Shown: positions 19,748-28,585, counted from the stretch's first letter. The stretch is DNA of 30,318 nucleotides from Paramicrosporidium saccamoebae KSL3 (GCA_002794465.1 MTSL01000168.1:5683-36000); one strand, 5' to 3'. Notes: a model not told the origin generated them from the sequence alone. Program-made: numbers and translations.

Positions 19748-20613
19748 TCAGAAATGATATACATTTGGCGTCTTTTCAAAAATCTTGGTGTAACTCTCCG
19801 GATGATTCCGCAGAATGATCATGTCGGAAATGTGCGACTCGTGAGAATCAGTGTAATTTGCCATCAGCGCCAAGTGACGGGCAATTGCAGGGGGCCCCGC
19901 GTGGGCGAGCATTGGCCACAGATTAAAGGGGTATGAGTAGGCCTCGTCATAGCCCACCTGGGGGAAATGCACCTCGCCCAGGGCCAAAATGTCATAGTCC
20001 ATGAATGTGCCCCCACCAATCATCTCAAACGCCATCCATCGACGATAACAGATCAGCTCATAATATGGATCGTTGAAGGTGGGGTAACTGGAAAAGATTT
20101 CGGTTAGTCGAGTGAAATTGGCGTGTTTCTCCATGTCCTTGAGGATGAGGATGCGCGGCTTGTAGCCATAAATGTGCCAACTGCGCAACCACAGGCGTGT
20201 GATCCGCTGGGTGTAGTCTTCCGCATAGCCCAAAGCCGGTTCGTAATATGTGTAAACAAAACTCATGTCCGGACCGGCCAATTGAGGCACCAATCTGGCT
20301 GTAGCAGGAGCCACAATCTCATTGACTGTCTTTTTAGGCGCTCTCCCCTTTACCAGCAGGGAAATTCGTACTGCCTCTGCCCTCTTCTTGGCTGCCAACG
20401 AAGCGGGGTCGAGGGGAGGCGGCTCCAGCTCTCTCTGTATGATTATAAAGCTGACATTGGGCAAACTTAGCAAGACTAGGAAGAATCCACAAAAGATCAG
20501 CCCTACCACTGCCCCTTTCTAACCGTACCCCTTATGGCCAGACATTTCTGGGTCAGTGTACACATTGCCAATTTCCATTTTTGGATACGAACCGTTTTCG
20601 CCTCCCTCGCCAT
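19748..20613 (-). CDS. Second-family putative glycosyltransferase-like type II membrane protein (DYD motif), unrelated to P1-P8; 5' structure uncertain
   Basis: TM (VVGLIFCGFFLVLLSL), then VYTYYEP, LWLRSWHIYG, YELICYRRWMAFEMIGGGTFMDYD and SHISDM. The ORF lacks its own ATG (in-frame TAG at 20519-20521). ATG 20613 plus a 74-nt intron 20592-20519 would give MAREAKT-KGAVVGL. Confidence 0.6.
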
Positions 20614-20783
20614 TGCGTATTTGCAGCGATAGCTTATAGCCTCACTTGCAGTGATTAAATATGCGACAATGATTGTCAATGCTGCAAAAGCCGAATTGCT
20701 AGTTTGTCAACAACTCGACATTCATCAAAATCGTTTCGGACTTCCAAATTTGGAAAGTGGCTGTTTGAGACCGTCCGACTGGA

Positions 20784-22058
20784 ATGCTCTCATCGTACCG
20801 ATGGGCTATTCGTACCCTGTTTGCCATCAGTCTGATAACTTGTGCCTTGCTCAGTCAGCGAGTCTTCCGGACCTTTAAATTAGAGTCAACTGTACTACGC
20901 TATGGAAGGGGTGCTGGTGCACCTAGAAGAAACCCCCAAAATGTAGAAATCCCACGAGACGCGATAAACGTCGAACCATTGAGGTCTGCTCCACCTGAAC
21001 AGAAGGACGAGGCAAAGTTGGACATTCCAAAGACAATCACACAACTGTCTGTAGACGACTTACAGGCCACCAACAAATCTTTGGTAGACAATGTAACGAC
21101 AGCCAACCAACTGTTGGTAGACGATGCAGAGACAACCAAACAGCCGTCTGTAGAACCACAAAACAGTGCGACGACAGACCAACCATCCGACGCGTCAAAG
21201 GGGGATATACTTATGGATGGAAGACACGCCGTCCCACAGCGATTAAAGGACGTAGTAATCCCCTTTAATGCAGCTCAAGCGGAGCGCATGGTAGAACATT
21301 TCAAGACATGGCTTACCCATCCGCCTTGTCCCGCCGAGCCCTTCCATGTTCCACCCACCACCGAGGGTTACGAGTTCTATGCCAACAATCCAGATGTCGG
21401 TCGGAACATTACACTGACATTGGCGCTTTCAGGCACGACTGACAAAAAAATCCGTAACTTCCTGCTGAGCAGATATCAGGAACTGCCGGCAGGTATCCGC
21501 AGCTGCTTTCGGGAGGCGCGGGTGGTGTTTGCCAACTTTACCGGCGACGACGATTCATATTTTAACGGTTCACGCAATATGGTGGAAGCTATGATGCTGA
21601 ACAAGTTTGGTCTGAAGGATCCCTTTTATGTACTGTACATTGAGCCGGACTGTCTCCCCGTCCGCAATTATTGGCTGTCCGCACTGGATGCCATGACACG
21701 GCCGCCAGCCGACACCTTCTGGATCAAAGGCAGTCTGTACCGTGGGGGCAGCATTGAGGTGCAACGCATGGAGCTGTATGCACGCCATCTTAACGGAAAC
21801 GCCATCTACAATATTGGCGACAAGGACTTTTTGCAATTCCACTTTAGCAAGGTGGCCAAGCAAGTCAGCAACATTGGCTATGACACGGATCGGTATCAGT
21901 ACTTTATCAACCACCCCTACGAGGTGTTACCATTGCAGCATCGCTTCCAGTACTCGGATGTGGTGCAGAACATGTGGCATTTTGACTTTAGCAAACGCCT
22001 TTTGGCGGTAAAATCGCCTTTGACGTATATTGTGCACGGCGGCTTCCCCCGTGAATAA
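20784..22058 (+). CDS. Array paralog P6: same family, motifs intact, closest to P5, 424 aa
   Basis: NPDVGRNITLTLALSG and RNMVEAMM are shared with P5; YVLYIEPDC, HLNGNAIYN, YDTD, VHGG. Confidence 0.82.
   Translation: MLSSYRWAIRTLFAISLITCALLSQRVFRTFKLESTVLRYGRGAGAPRRNPQNVEIPRDAINVEPLRSAPPEQKDEAKLDIPKTITQLSVDDLQATNKSLVDNVTTANQLLVDDAETTKQPSVEPQNSATTDQPSDASKGDILMDGRHAVPQRLKDVVIPFNAAQAERMVEHFKTWLTHPPCPAEPFHVPPTTEGYEFYANNPDVGRNITLTLALSGTTDKKIRNFLLSRYQELPAGIRSCFREARVVFANFTGDDDSYFNGSRNMVEAMMLNKFGLKDPFYVLYIEPDCLPVRNYWLSALDAMTRPPADTFWIKGSLYRGGSIEVQRMELYARHLNGNAIYNIGDKDFLQFHFSKVAKQVSNIGYDTDRYQYFINHPYEVLPLQHRFQYSDVVQNMWHFDFSKRLLAVKSPLTYIVHGGFPRE
21042..21165 (+). repeat. Coding 33-nt (11-aa) repeat, ~3.5 copies, in the P6 stem
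   Basis: QLSVDDLQATN / KSLVDNVTTAN / QLLVDDAETTK / QPSVE... Confidence 0.7.
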
Positions 22059-22229
22059 AAGTCGCTATAGAGAAATTGTCCATGGACAATACGCGGTCAA
22101 CAGGCCTTTGTTCTAATAATCTTTAATGGGTCGTCATGGCTACACAAGCATAATATACACAACATGCATAAAATCTACAATATACAATATACACAACGCA
22201 CACATAGTCGGCTTGTTTCCAACCCGATC

Positions 22230-23291
22230 ATGTACGGAAGAATCACACGCTATGTACTGTTCGGTCTCTGCATATGGATGGGCTACAAGATCTCCATCTT
22301 TGTCCAGTTGGTGCGTCACAATTACGGCAGCCCCCAGGCCGTGTCTACAGCCAAACTTGTGACATTGTTAAAGACTTTGACGCTAACAGAGACGGCCACT
22401 GTCACTGTTCCCTCCTACATCACCTCCACTGCATACTCCACGGTTACCTTGGCCTCCCCAGGAAATGGCCATAATCACGGTCTGTCGCACATTGTCATTC
22501 CGGTAGCATTCAAGCCCAGTCAGTTGATCAAGTTGGAGCGCAGTCTCAAATGGTGGGACGTTCATCCGCCCTGCTTAGATGGCAGTTGGCCCAATCGGCC
22601 CGGCGAAACCAACACAACATTGACATTCCTCTGCTATGGACGACTGACTGCCGGCCAACGTACCAAACTGCAGGATTTGTATTGGTCGCTCAACTGGCAG
22701 GTCCGTCGCTGTTTCCAGGAAATGGAGATTCGCAGTGCCGATCTCGATGACGCCTCCGATAACCATAATAAGGGATCACGAGCCATGTTCGAATCAATCA
22801 CTAGCGGCAATATTGGTCTGAAGAGCCCGCGATATGTATTCTGGATGGAGCCTGATGCCGTCCCCATCCGACCCGATTGGCTGAATGCCTTGGATCGTAC
22901 GTGTCGCACTGATGAAAAGTTTTGGGTCAAGGGAAGTACACTGCGTCATGATCTAAACCGACAGGTGCTTGTCCAAAGATACGGCCAGTCATTCCTTTAC
23001 CATATTAATGGAAACGCCATCTATAACATGGCTGCTGACGAATATCCGGCCTTTTATTACAACACCCTCCTCCCTTATTTGGATACCATAGGGAAGCGTC
23101 ATTCCCACTTTGATACCTCACTGGCCATCTATCTCCAAGATATTGAGAATGTAGACCATTGGCGGCACATTGGCCATCATTTCCAGTACACTGAGCTAAT
23201 CCAGAACCGCTGGGGAGAAAACTATTCAGTCCATGAACGAGCCATCAAATACCCCAACACTTATATTATCCATGGCGGAGTGCCGCAGTGA
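22230..23291 (+). CDS. Array paralog P7: same family, motifs intact, Thr-rich stem, 353 aa (alternative ATG 22164)
   Basis: TM, TLTLTETATVTVPSYITST stem, WWDVHPPC, YVFWMEPDA, FWVKGS, HINGNAIYN, FDTS, IHGG. Confidence 0.8.
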   Translation: MYGRITRYVLFGLCIWMGYKISIFVQLVRHNYGSPQAVSTAKLVTLLKTLTLTETATVTVPSYITSTAYSTVTLASPGNGHNHGLSHIVIPVAFKPSQLIKLERSLKWWDVHPPCLDGSWPNRPGETNTTLTFLCYGRLTAGQRTKLQDLYWSLNWQVRRCFQEMEIRSADLDDASDNHNKGSRAMFESITSGNIGLKSPRYVFWMEPDAVPIRPDWLNALDRTCRTDEKFWVKGSTLRHDLNRQVLVQRYGQSFLYHINGNAIYNMAADEYPAFYYNTLLPYLDTIGKRHSHFDTSLAIYLQDIENVDHWRHIGHHFQYTELIQNRWGENYSVHERAIKYPNTYIIHGGVPQ

Positions 23292-23661
23292 CGTCTTGTG
23301 GTGGCATGTGACGGCGTGGAACGTCACATAATGCCGTGGAATCAGGCAGGATGAGCTACAGTCACACGCTAAAATATAGTAATCATGATATATTGACAAC
23401 ATTCTACGCTTGCAATTAATGACAGCAACTTTTGATTCACGACCCACGGCCATTCCCAACACATCCACATCACATTACACACCATCAACACGCTCCCAAC
23501 ACACCACCCACGTCAAACATCACAGAGGTCCAGTCATAGACGTCACTTTACGCAATATGTCCATCTTTAGATGAATACCCCGATATATTGCGATTGGTCC
23601 TTAGTAACGGTTGTCAAGGTGTGTTGCTTATATCAAAAACCGGCCCCCCTCTACTCCCAGC

Positions 23662-24744
23662 ATGTTAGATCCCCGTCTACGTGCCCTCCTGGTCCTGTCT
23701 CTTCTCGGCAATGTCGTGCTGGTCGTCTTTTACTACACCTTCTCCGTTCCCGCCCTCCATGCCGTTCAAAAGGGTCTGAACTGTTGGGATCTTGAGGCGC
23801 AAAAGGCCGACTATTACCTCGACGTCAACATGATGTCGCTCCCCATGTATCGTCCCCAATCCAGCGAACTAAACGTCAAACGTGCTCGATTGACCAACTT
23901 GGTCATGCCGTTCCATGCCCGACAGGAACCAGCCGTGATGCGGAATTTGGAGCTGTGGAAGCACTTTCCGCCATGCTATCTGGCCGAGGAGCCTGGAACC
24001 CATCCCAACCAAGATTACATGGACTCGTTCTTTGCTCGGGATGAACATCCTGCCGGACGGCTCGGGCGCAATGTCACCTTAACCTTCTTCGTCTCCTCTG
24101 AGGCTGACCCCGAGTTGGAAATGCGTGTGCTGGGCGCCTTCAATGCGCTGCCCATCCGGATTCAGAAATGTTTCAGCAGTGCCAATGTTCGTTTTAGTCG
24201 GCTCTCCAACGAGGACGACAAGTATCTGACTGGCAGCAGGAAAATGTTCGAGTACATGTTGAATGGATGGCTTGGCCTGCTCGAGCCCTATTATGCCCTG
24301 TATATGGAGCCTGACTGTCTGCCTGTCCGTCCTAACTGGCTCATGATACTCGATTCACAGACCCGTTGGCCCAACAGTCCGTTCTGGATCAAGGGAAGTA
24401 TTTTCCGCGGCGATGCCCATGCAATCACCAATCGAATTGTCTACAACCTGTTCCACATTAATGGAAACGCACTCTACAATCTAGGCGATCCGTCCTTCCG
24501 TCACTTTTACTTTGACATGTTGCGTCCCTACATTACAAAATACTACACAGAGGGCGCCTATGATACGGACGTGTTCAAATTCCTGCTGGATCTCGGAAAT
24601 TACAATTACGCGCGGCAGACGGCACACATGTTCCAATTCACCGACGCAATTCAGAACCATTGGCATTCGAATTATTCGATTGGCGAGCTGAAGGCCATGA
24701 GTGAGACGGTCGTGTTAGTTCATGGTGGTACTCCGAATCCGTAA
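23662..24744 (+). CDS. Array paralog P8: same family, motifs intact, 360 aa
   Basis: ATG 23662 followed by TM; RARLTNLVMPF, WKHFPPC, YALYMEPDC, FWIKGS, HINGNALYN, YDTD, VHGG. Confidence 0.82.
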   Translation: MLDPRLRALLVLSLLGNVVLVVFYYTFSVPALHAVQKGLNCWDLEAQKADYYLDVNMMSLPMYRPQSSELNVKRARLTNLVMPFHARQEPAVMRNLELWKHFPPCYLAEEPGTHPNQDYMDSFFARDEHPAGRLGRNVTLTFFVSSEADPELEMRVLGAFNALPIRIQKCFSSANVRFSRLSNEDDKYLTGSRKMFEYMLNGWLGLLEPYYALYMEPDCLPVRPNWLMILDSQTRWPNSPFWIKGSIFRGDAHAITNRIVYNLFHINGNALYNLGDPSFRHFYFDMLRPYITKYYTEGAYDTDVFKFLLDLGNYNYARQTAHMFQFTDAIQNHWHSNYSIGELKAMSETVVLVHGGTPNP

Positions 24745-24755
24745 CTTACTGGTAC

Positions 24756-24961
24756 AATGTATAGCCTGGATGTCTAGCGTTCAATTATTATAAAGAATCC
24801 ACCTATCAGAGCACTGTCTAGTGTTCAATTACCATAAAGGATCCACATGTCAGAATGTGTAGCCTGGATGTCTAATGTTTAATTATTATAAAGAATCCAC
24901 ACATCAGAATGTGTGGCCGGGATGTCTAGTGCCTAATTATTATAAAAAATTCACCTATCAG
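24756..24961. repeat. 54-nt tandem repeat, 4 units (second unit 44 nt), between the convergent P8 and HROB 3' ends
   Basis: Units at 24756, 24810, 24854 and 24908; consensus AATGTGTAGCCTGGATGTCTAGTGTTCAATTATTATAAAGAATCCACCTATCAG. Confidence 0.92.
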
Positions 24962-24981
24962 AAATATGCAGCGCCCGATAA

Positions 24982-25985
24982 TCAGACATGATGCACATTG
25001 GAATAGATTTTGACCAGGTTGTTTGGGGTAATAATCAAATGTCGATCGGTCTGTTCGTTTAAACAGAATATGGTCACATCCTGCACCAGCAGAGCAAGTC
25101 CAAAATGAATCCTAATCTTGTGCGTGGATAGCACTTTTTCATGGATCGTGGCAGAAATAGCCCCGCTCTCATCCAACAAAGTGACACCCAGATCGCGGGC
25201 ATTGACAGATACTTCGCGCACCATCATCAACATTAACGGACATTTTGTACCCGATGCCAAAGTCTTTACGATAGAAATGCTGGTCAATTGGGATAGATTG
25301 ACACCTTTGGTGTTACTAATTATCGAATGTGCATTCCGAGTCCAATCCGAGACTGCAAAGTTTTCTGGAAAGAATGGGTATGGAAGGAATTGGAGCAGAT
25401 TGTCATTAAAATCTGGTATGCGCAAAGGTACGCTTGTGGCAATCGGTCCAGAAACTGGCCTAGGAATTGATTCAGGCATTACTCTGGGTGTTGATTCAGG
25501 CATTACTCTGGATGTTGATTCAGGCATTAGTCTGGGGGTTGATTCAAGCATTATTCTGGGTATTGATTCAGGCATTACTCTGGGCGTTGACTCGAGAATC
25601 AATCTGGAATCCAGTTCAGGAATCGGTTCGGAAATCAAGCCAATAGTTGGCCCTTCAAATGCTCCCACAGTCGGTTTCACTGGCATTTGCACATCATCTT
25701 GCATAAAGTCAATTTCACTAGACAATGGAGTGACGCTTTTCTGCACATTCTGTAGAGCTGGCATAGCCGACGCGGCTTGAATGGTATGCGCCGTTTGTGC
25801 AGTGGGTGGCATGCAATCAATTTCGTCCAACAGTGCCAGAATGGCTTCCTCGTCGTCGCTGCTCTCCATTCTTGTACGCTTCATTGGCGTTGCCGGTGTT
25901 GCTATCTTTGCGCTAGTTTTGTTCTTAAGTGCATCCAAAGTTGCCTAGACCTTATTGAATCCACCAACAAAGTTACCCGTAGCAT
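24982..25985 (-). CDS. HROB: HROB/MCM8IP (C17orf53, DUF4539 OB-fold) homolog; probable join of 25985..25977 and 25944..24982, ~323 aa
   Basis: C-terminal LLDESGAISATIHEKVL...GLALLVQDVTIF...HLIITPNNLVKIYS matches HROB FKDPTGEMQGTVHRLLL...GSVLLLKQIGVF...YLNVTPNNLVHIYS. The proposed 32-nt intron is 25976-25945 (GTAACT...TCTAG) after ATG CTA CGG; otherwise the first in-frame ATG is 25884. Confidence 0.8.
25467..25610 (-). repeat. Coding 24-nt (8-aa) tandem repeat x6 in HROB
   Basis: TTGATTCAGGCATTACTCTGGGTG-type units every 24 nt on the + strand; the protein reads ESTPRVMP / ESIPRIML / ESTPRLMP / ESTSRVMP ... Confidence 0.92.
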
Positions 25986-26048
25986 TGTGCATTTACAGCC
26001 AATCAGGGGCTGTCATGGCCGGGCTCCGACGCTTTTCGTGAGAGGAGC

Positions 26049-26575
26049 ATGTCGGGCGTAGACCATGCCCGAGACCCTTGGTATCTATTGTTGCTTTGTG
26101 TATCCTAACAGCGCTAGTCCGTGGCGTATTTTGGAAGATTGTGGAACAGCCTTTGCCATGGGTTCTATTGGAGGCTCTCTATGGCACAGTTTGAAGGGGT
26201 TCAAAAACTCTCCTCGAGTACCACCAGCCTCATGTAACTTTTGTATAGGGAGAACGTATGATTGGCAGTATATTAGCAGTGAAGCAGCGTGCTCCTGTGC
26301 TTGGCGGTAACTTTGCCATCTGGGGTGCAACATTCAGTTCCTTTGACTGCGCGTTGATCGCCCTTCGGCAGCGCGAAGATCCTTGGAACTCTATCATTTC
26401 CGGCGCGTTGACCGGTGGAGTGTTGGCGGCGCGCGGCGGGCCCGGTGCTGCGGGACGCAGTGCCATTGTCGGTGGTATCTTATTGGCGCTCATCGAGGGC
26501 ATGGGAATTGCTATTAATCGACTGTTCGCTGAAGAGTACCGACCTGCTAATCGACTTTCCCCCGTTCAACAATAA
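26049..26575 (+). CDS. TIM17: Mitochondrial import inner membrane translocase subunit Tim17; join(26049..26080,26118..26217,26249..26575), 152 aa
   Basis: Introns 26081-26117 (37 nt, CTAAC branch) and 26218-26248 (31 nt) give [30 protein letters not shown]...[14 protein letters not shown]...[13 protein letters not shown]...[11 protein letters not shown]. Confidence 0.96.
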
Positions 26576-26766
26576 ATTGTCTAGACATTTGGTGTATTAT
26601 GAAACTGTGAGCATATGGGACTTGCCTTGTGAATATATGGGATATGCTATTGTGAGTATTTGGGGCTCGCTATCGATTGACTGTTCGCTATAGTACCGAT
26701 CTGAAAGTTGACTTTTTCTTGTTCAACAACAAATAGTCTAGACATTTAATGTATTATGAAACTGTG
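26510..26766 (+). repeat. Degenerate direct duplication of the TIM17 3' end (~26510-26608 repeated at ~26669-26766), with three 22-23-nt units between
   Basis: Shared blocks GACTGTTCGCT, AGTACCGA, GTTCAACAA, GTCTAGACATTT and TGTATTATGAAACTGTG in the same order and spacing. Confidence 0.88.
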
Positions 26767-26779
26767 TATTTTAGCTGCC

Positions 26780-28578
26780 ATGGCTGATATAGAAGGACTT
26801 TATGTAAAGACGTTTCCACATTGGGACGCCAGGGTGGGATGGAGCAAGTGTTGAACTACTTCAGACAGGCCGAAAAGGTCCTCGATGCAAACCAATTTCC
26901 CACCGACGAAGACTATGAGCTGTTTATGCAGAATGTGTTTAGTGAGGTGGAAGGGATGGAGTACCGTCTCGCCTGCAGTCACGATGGCAGCACCATTCTC
27001 GAAAAAATTTTAAAAGGAGCAACACCCTTCCAACTACGCGTCTTTTTCGAAAAGGTGCGTGGGAAGTGGAGCGACATGTGTTGTCACCGCTATGCTTCGC
27101 ATGTTGCAGAAGCGTGGGTGAGGTCGGCAGCGGACAAAGTCGCAGTCGATCAAGAAGTTGCTGATGAGCTTCCAAAGCTTGACGCTCAAATGGCGGATAT
27201 CGCCGGGATGGCCACTGAAGAGTCTGTCAAACTTGTAGAGGATGCGTATGGAACCCATGTTGTCCGACTGCTGTTACAGATTTGGGGTGGAGAATTAGAT
27301 GGAAGACCAGTGTCCATACCCAACGGACCGCAGTTCCTGGCCACTTTTGCCACAGACCTGTTCTCCATGCCTAAGGAAATTTTCAACCTCCAAAGGGCTG
27401 TATCGACCCAGCAGAGCAGTCCAGTGCTGCAACTGTTGGTACGGTTTGTGCATCGTGATGATGCGAAATTATTCCAAAAGTTACTGGGCGAGCTCTTCCC
27501 GGGTGTCTTTTCCAATTCTTCTTCAGAGGAGCCTTGCTGCACGTCTTTCCTAAAGATGACTGATAACGAAATTGGCAGCCGGTTTGTTGAAGCCCTAGTG
27601 GGTACTCTTGATTCGGCCGCCTTTTTGGTCTTTTTTAGCAAGCTTGTACGCCGAAACGCGGGCCGGCTACTTGATGGATTCCACTCTAATTTTGTCTTTC
27701 AATGTATCATAAGTCGGTGCCACAGTTCACATCAATTTGGGATGATCCTGGAATGCTTGAAGCCGCATGCGACTGATTTGGTTATCAAGAAGCGTCATGG
27801 AGTACTACTGCGTCTGTCACAATGGGTTGTGAATCACGAACTTGCGCATGCTGAGGATGTCATGTCTATCATTTTTGACGCATTCCATCTCAAGGATGCA
27901 CAGGATCGCAAAAAGTCGTTCATTGCCATTGCCCGGTTACAACCCAAAGACAACATAGACGAGTCGAAGAATCTAATTGCTGGTGGATGTTCGCTACTGC
28001 AGCTATTGCCCATGTTCCCTGCGACCATTGCCAAACCCGTTATTGACGGCTTCTTGGATGCTTCCGTAGCGTCCATAGTTGCCATGTCGATGCATCCCAA
28101 TGGCAGCCACGTCGTTGAAGCAATCATGTCCAGTCGCACCGTTTCCGACACTGTCAAGCAACGAACTATTCGCAAACTACGCGACCATGTTGATACTCTG
28201 GCCGCTGACAAATTTGGTTCTCACATTGTCGACAAATGCTGGAACCTGGCCACCACTGAGCTTCGAGAAAAGATTGTCGAGCGTCTAATGGGAGTGAAGA
28301 CACGCCTGGAAGACAATCCGTATGGACGTATGGTGTTGAGGAACTGCCGTGCCTACGAGTTTGAGAGGGATGCGCAGAATTGGAAAAATGCCGAGGAGAG
28401 TGCCGAGAGAAAAAAGGCCATGTTTGCAGACATATTGGAGGACTCTACCAACGATCTCTTACCCGACTCTCTGCGGGTCGATGTGTCTGATAAAAAGATT
28501 AAACGGAAACAGAAAGACTCTCACAGTGAACTGCTACCCCAGGAGCTAAAAATGAAGAAGAAGAAATTGCGTAAATAG
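26780..28578 (+). CDS. NOP9: Nucleolar protein 9 (PUF-like repeat RNA-binding protein); tentative join(26780..26803,26833..28578), or start at 26839
   Basis: VLNYFRQAE, LACSHDGSTILEKIL, CCHRYASHVAE, YGTHVVR, SSPVLQ, SNFVFQ, GSHVVE, FGSHIVDKCW and a basic C-tail match Nop9. The 29-nt first intron (26804-26832) is tentative. Confidence 0.88.
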
Positions 28579-28585
28579 ACAATTG

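Noticed and set aside
19748-19750. TGA reassignment or selenocysteine at the in-frame stop
   Set aside because: TGA terminates P7 and HROB normally. The context (TGA-T) is not a strong readthrough context, and I see no SECIS-like evidence.
23430-23530. CA-rich tract upstream of P8 as a telomere-like or structured element
   Set aside because: It is low-complexity, with no consistent repeat unit.
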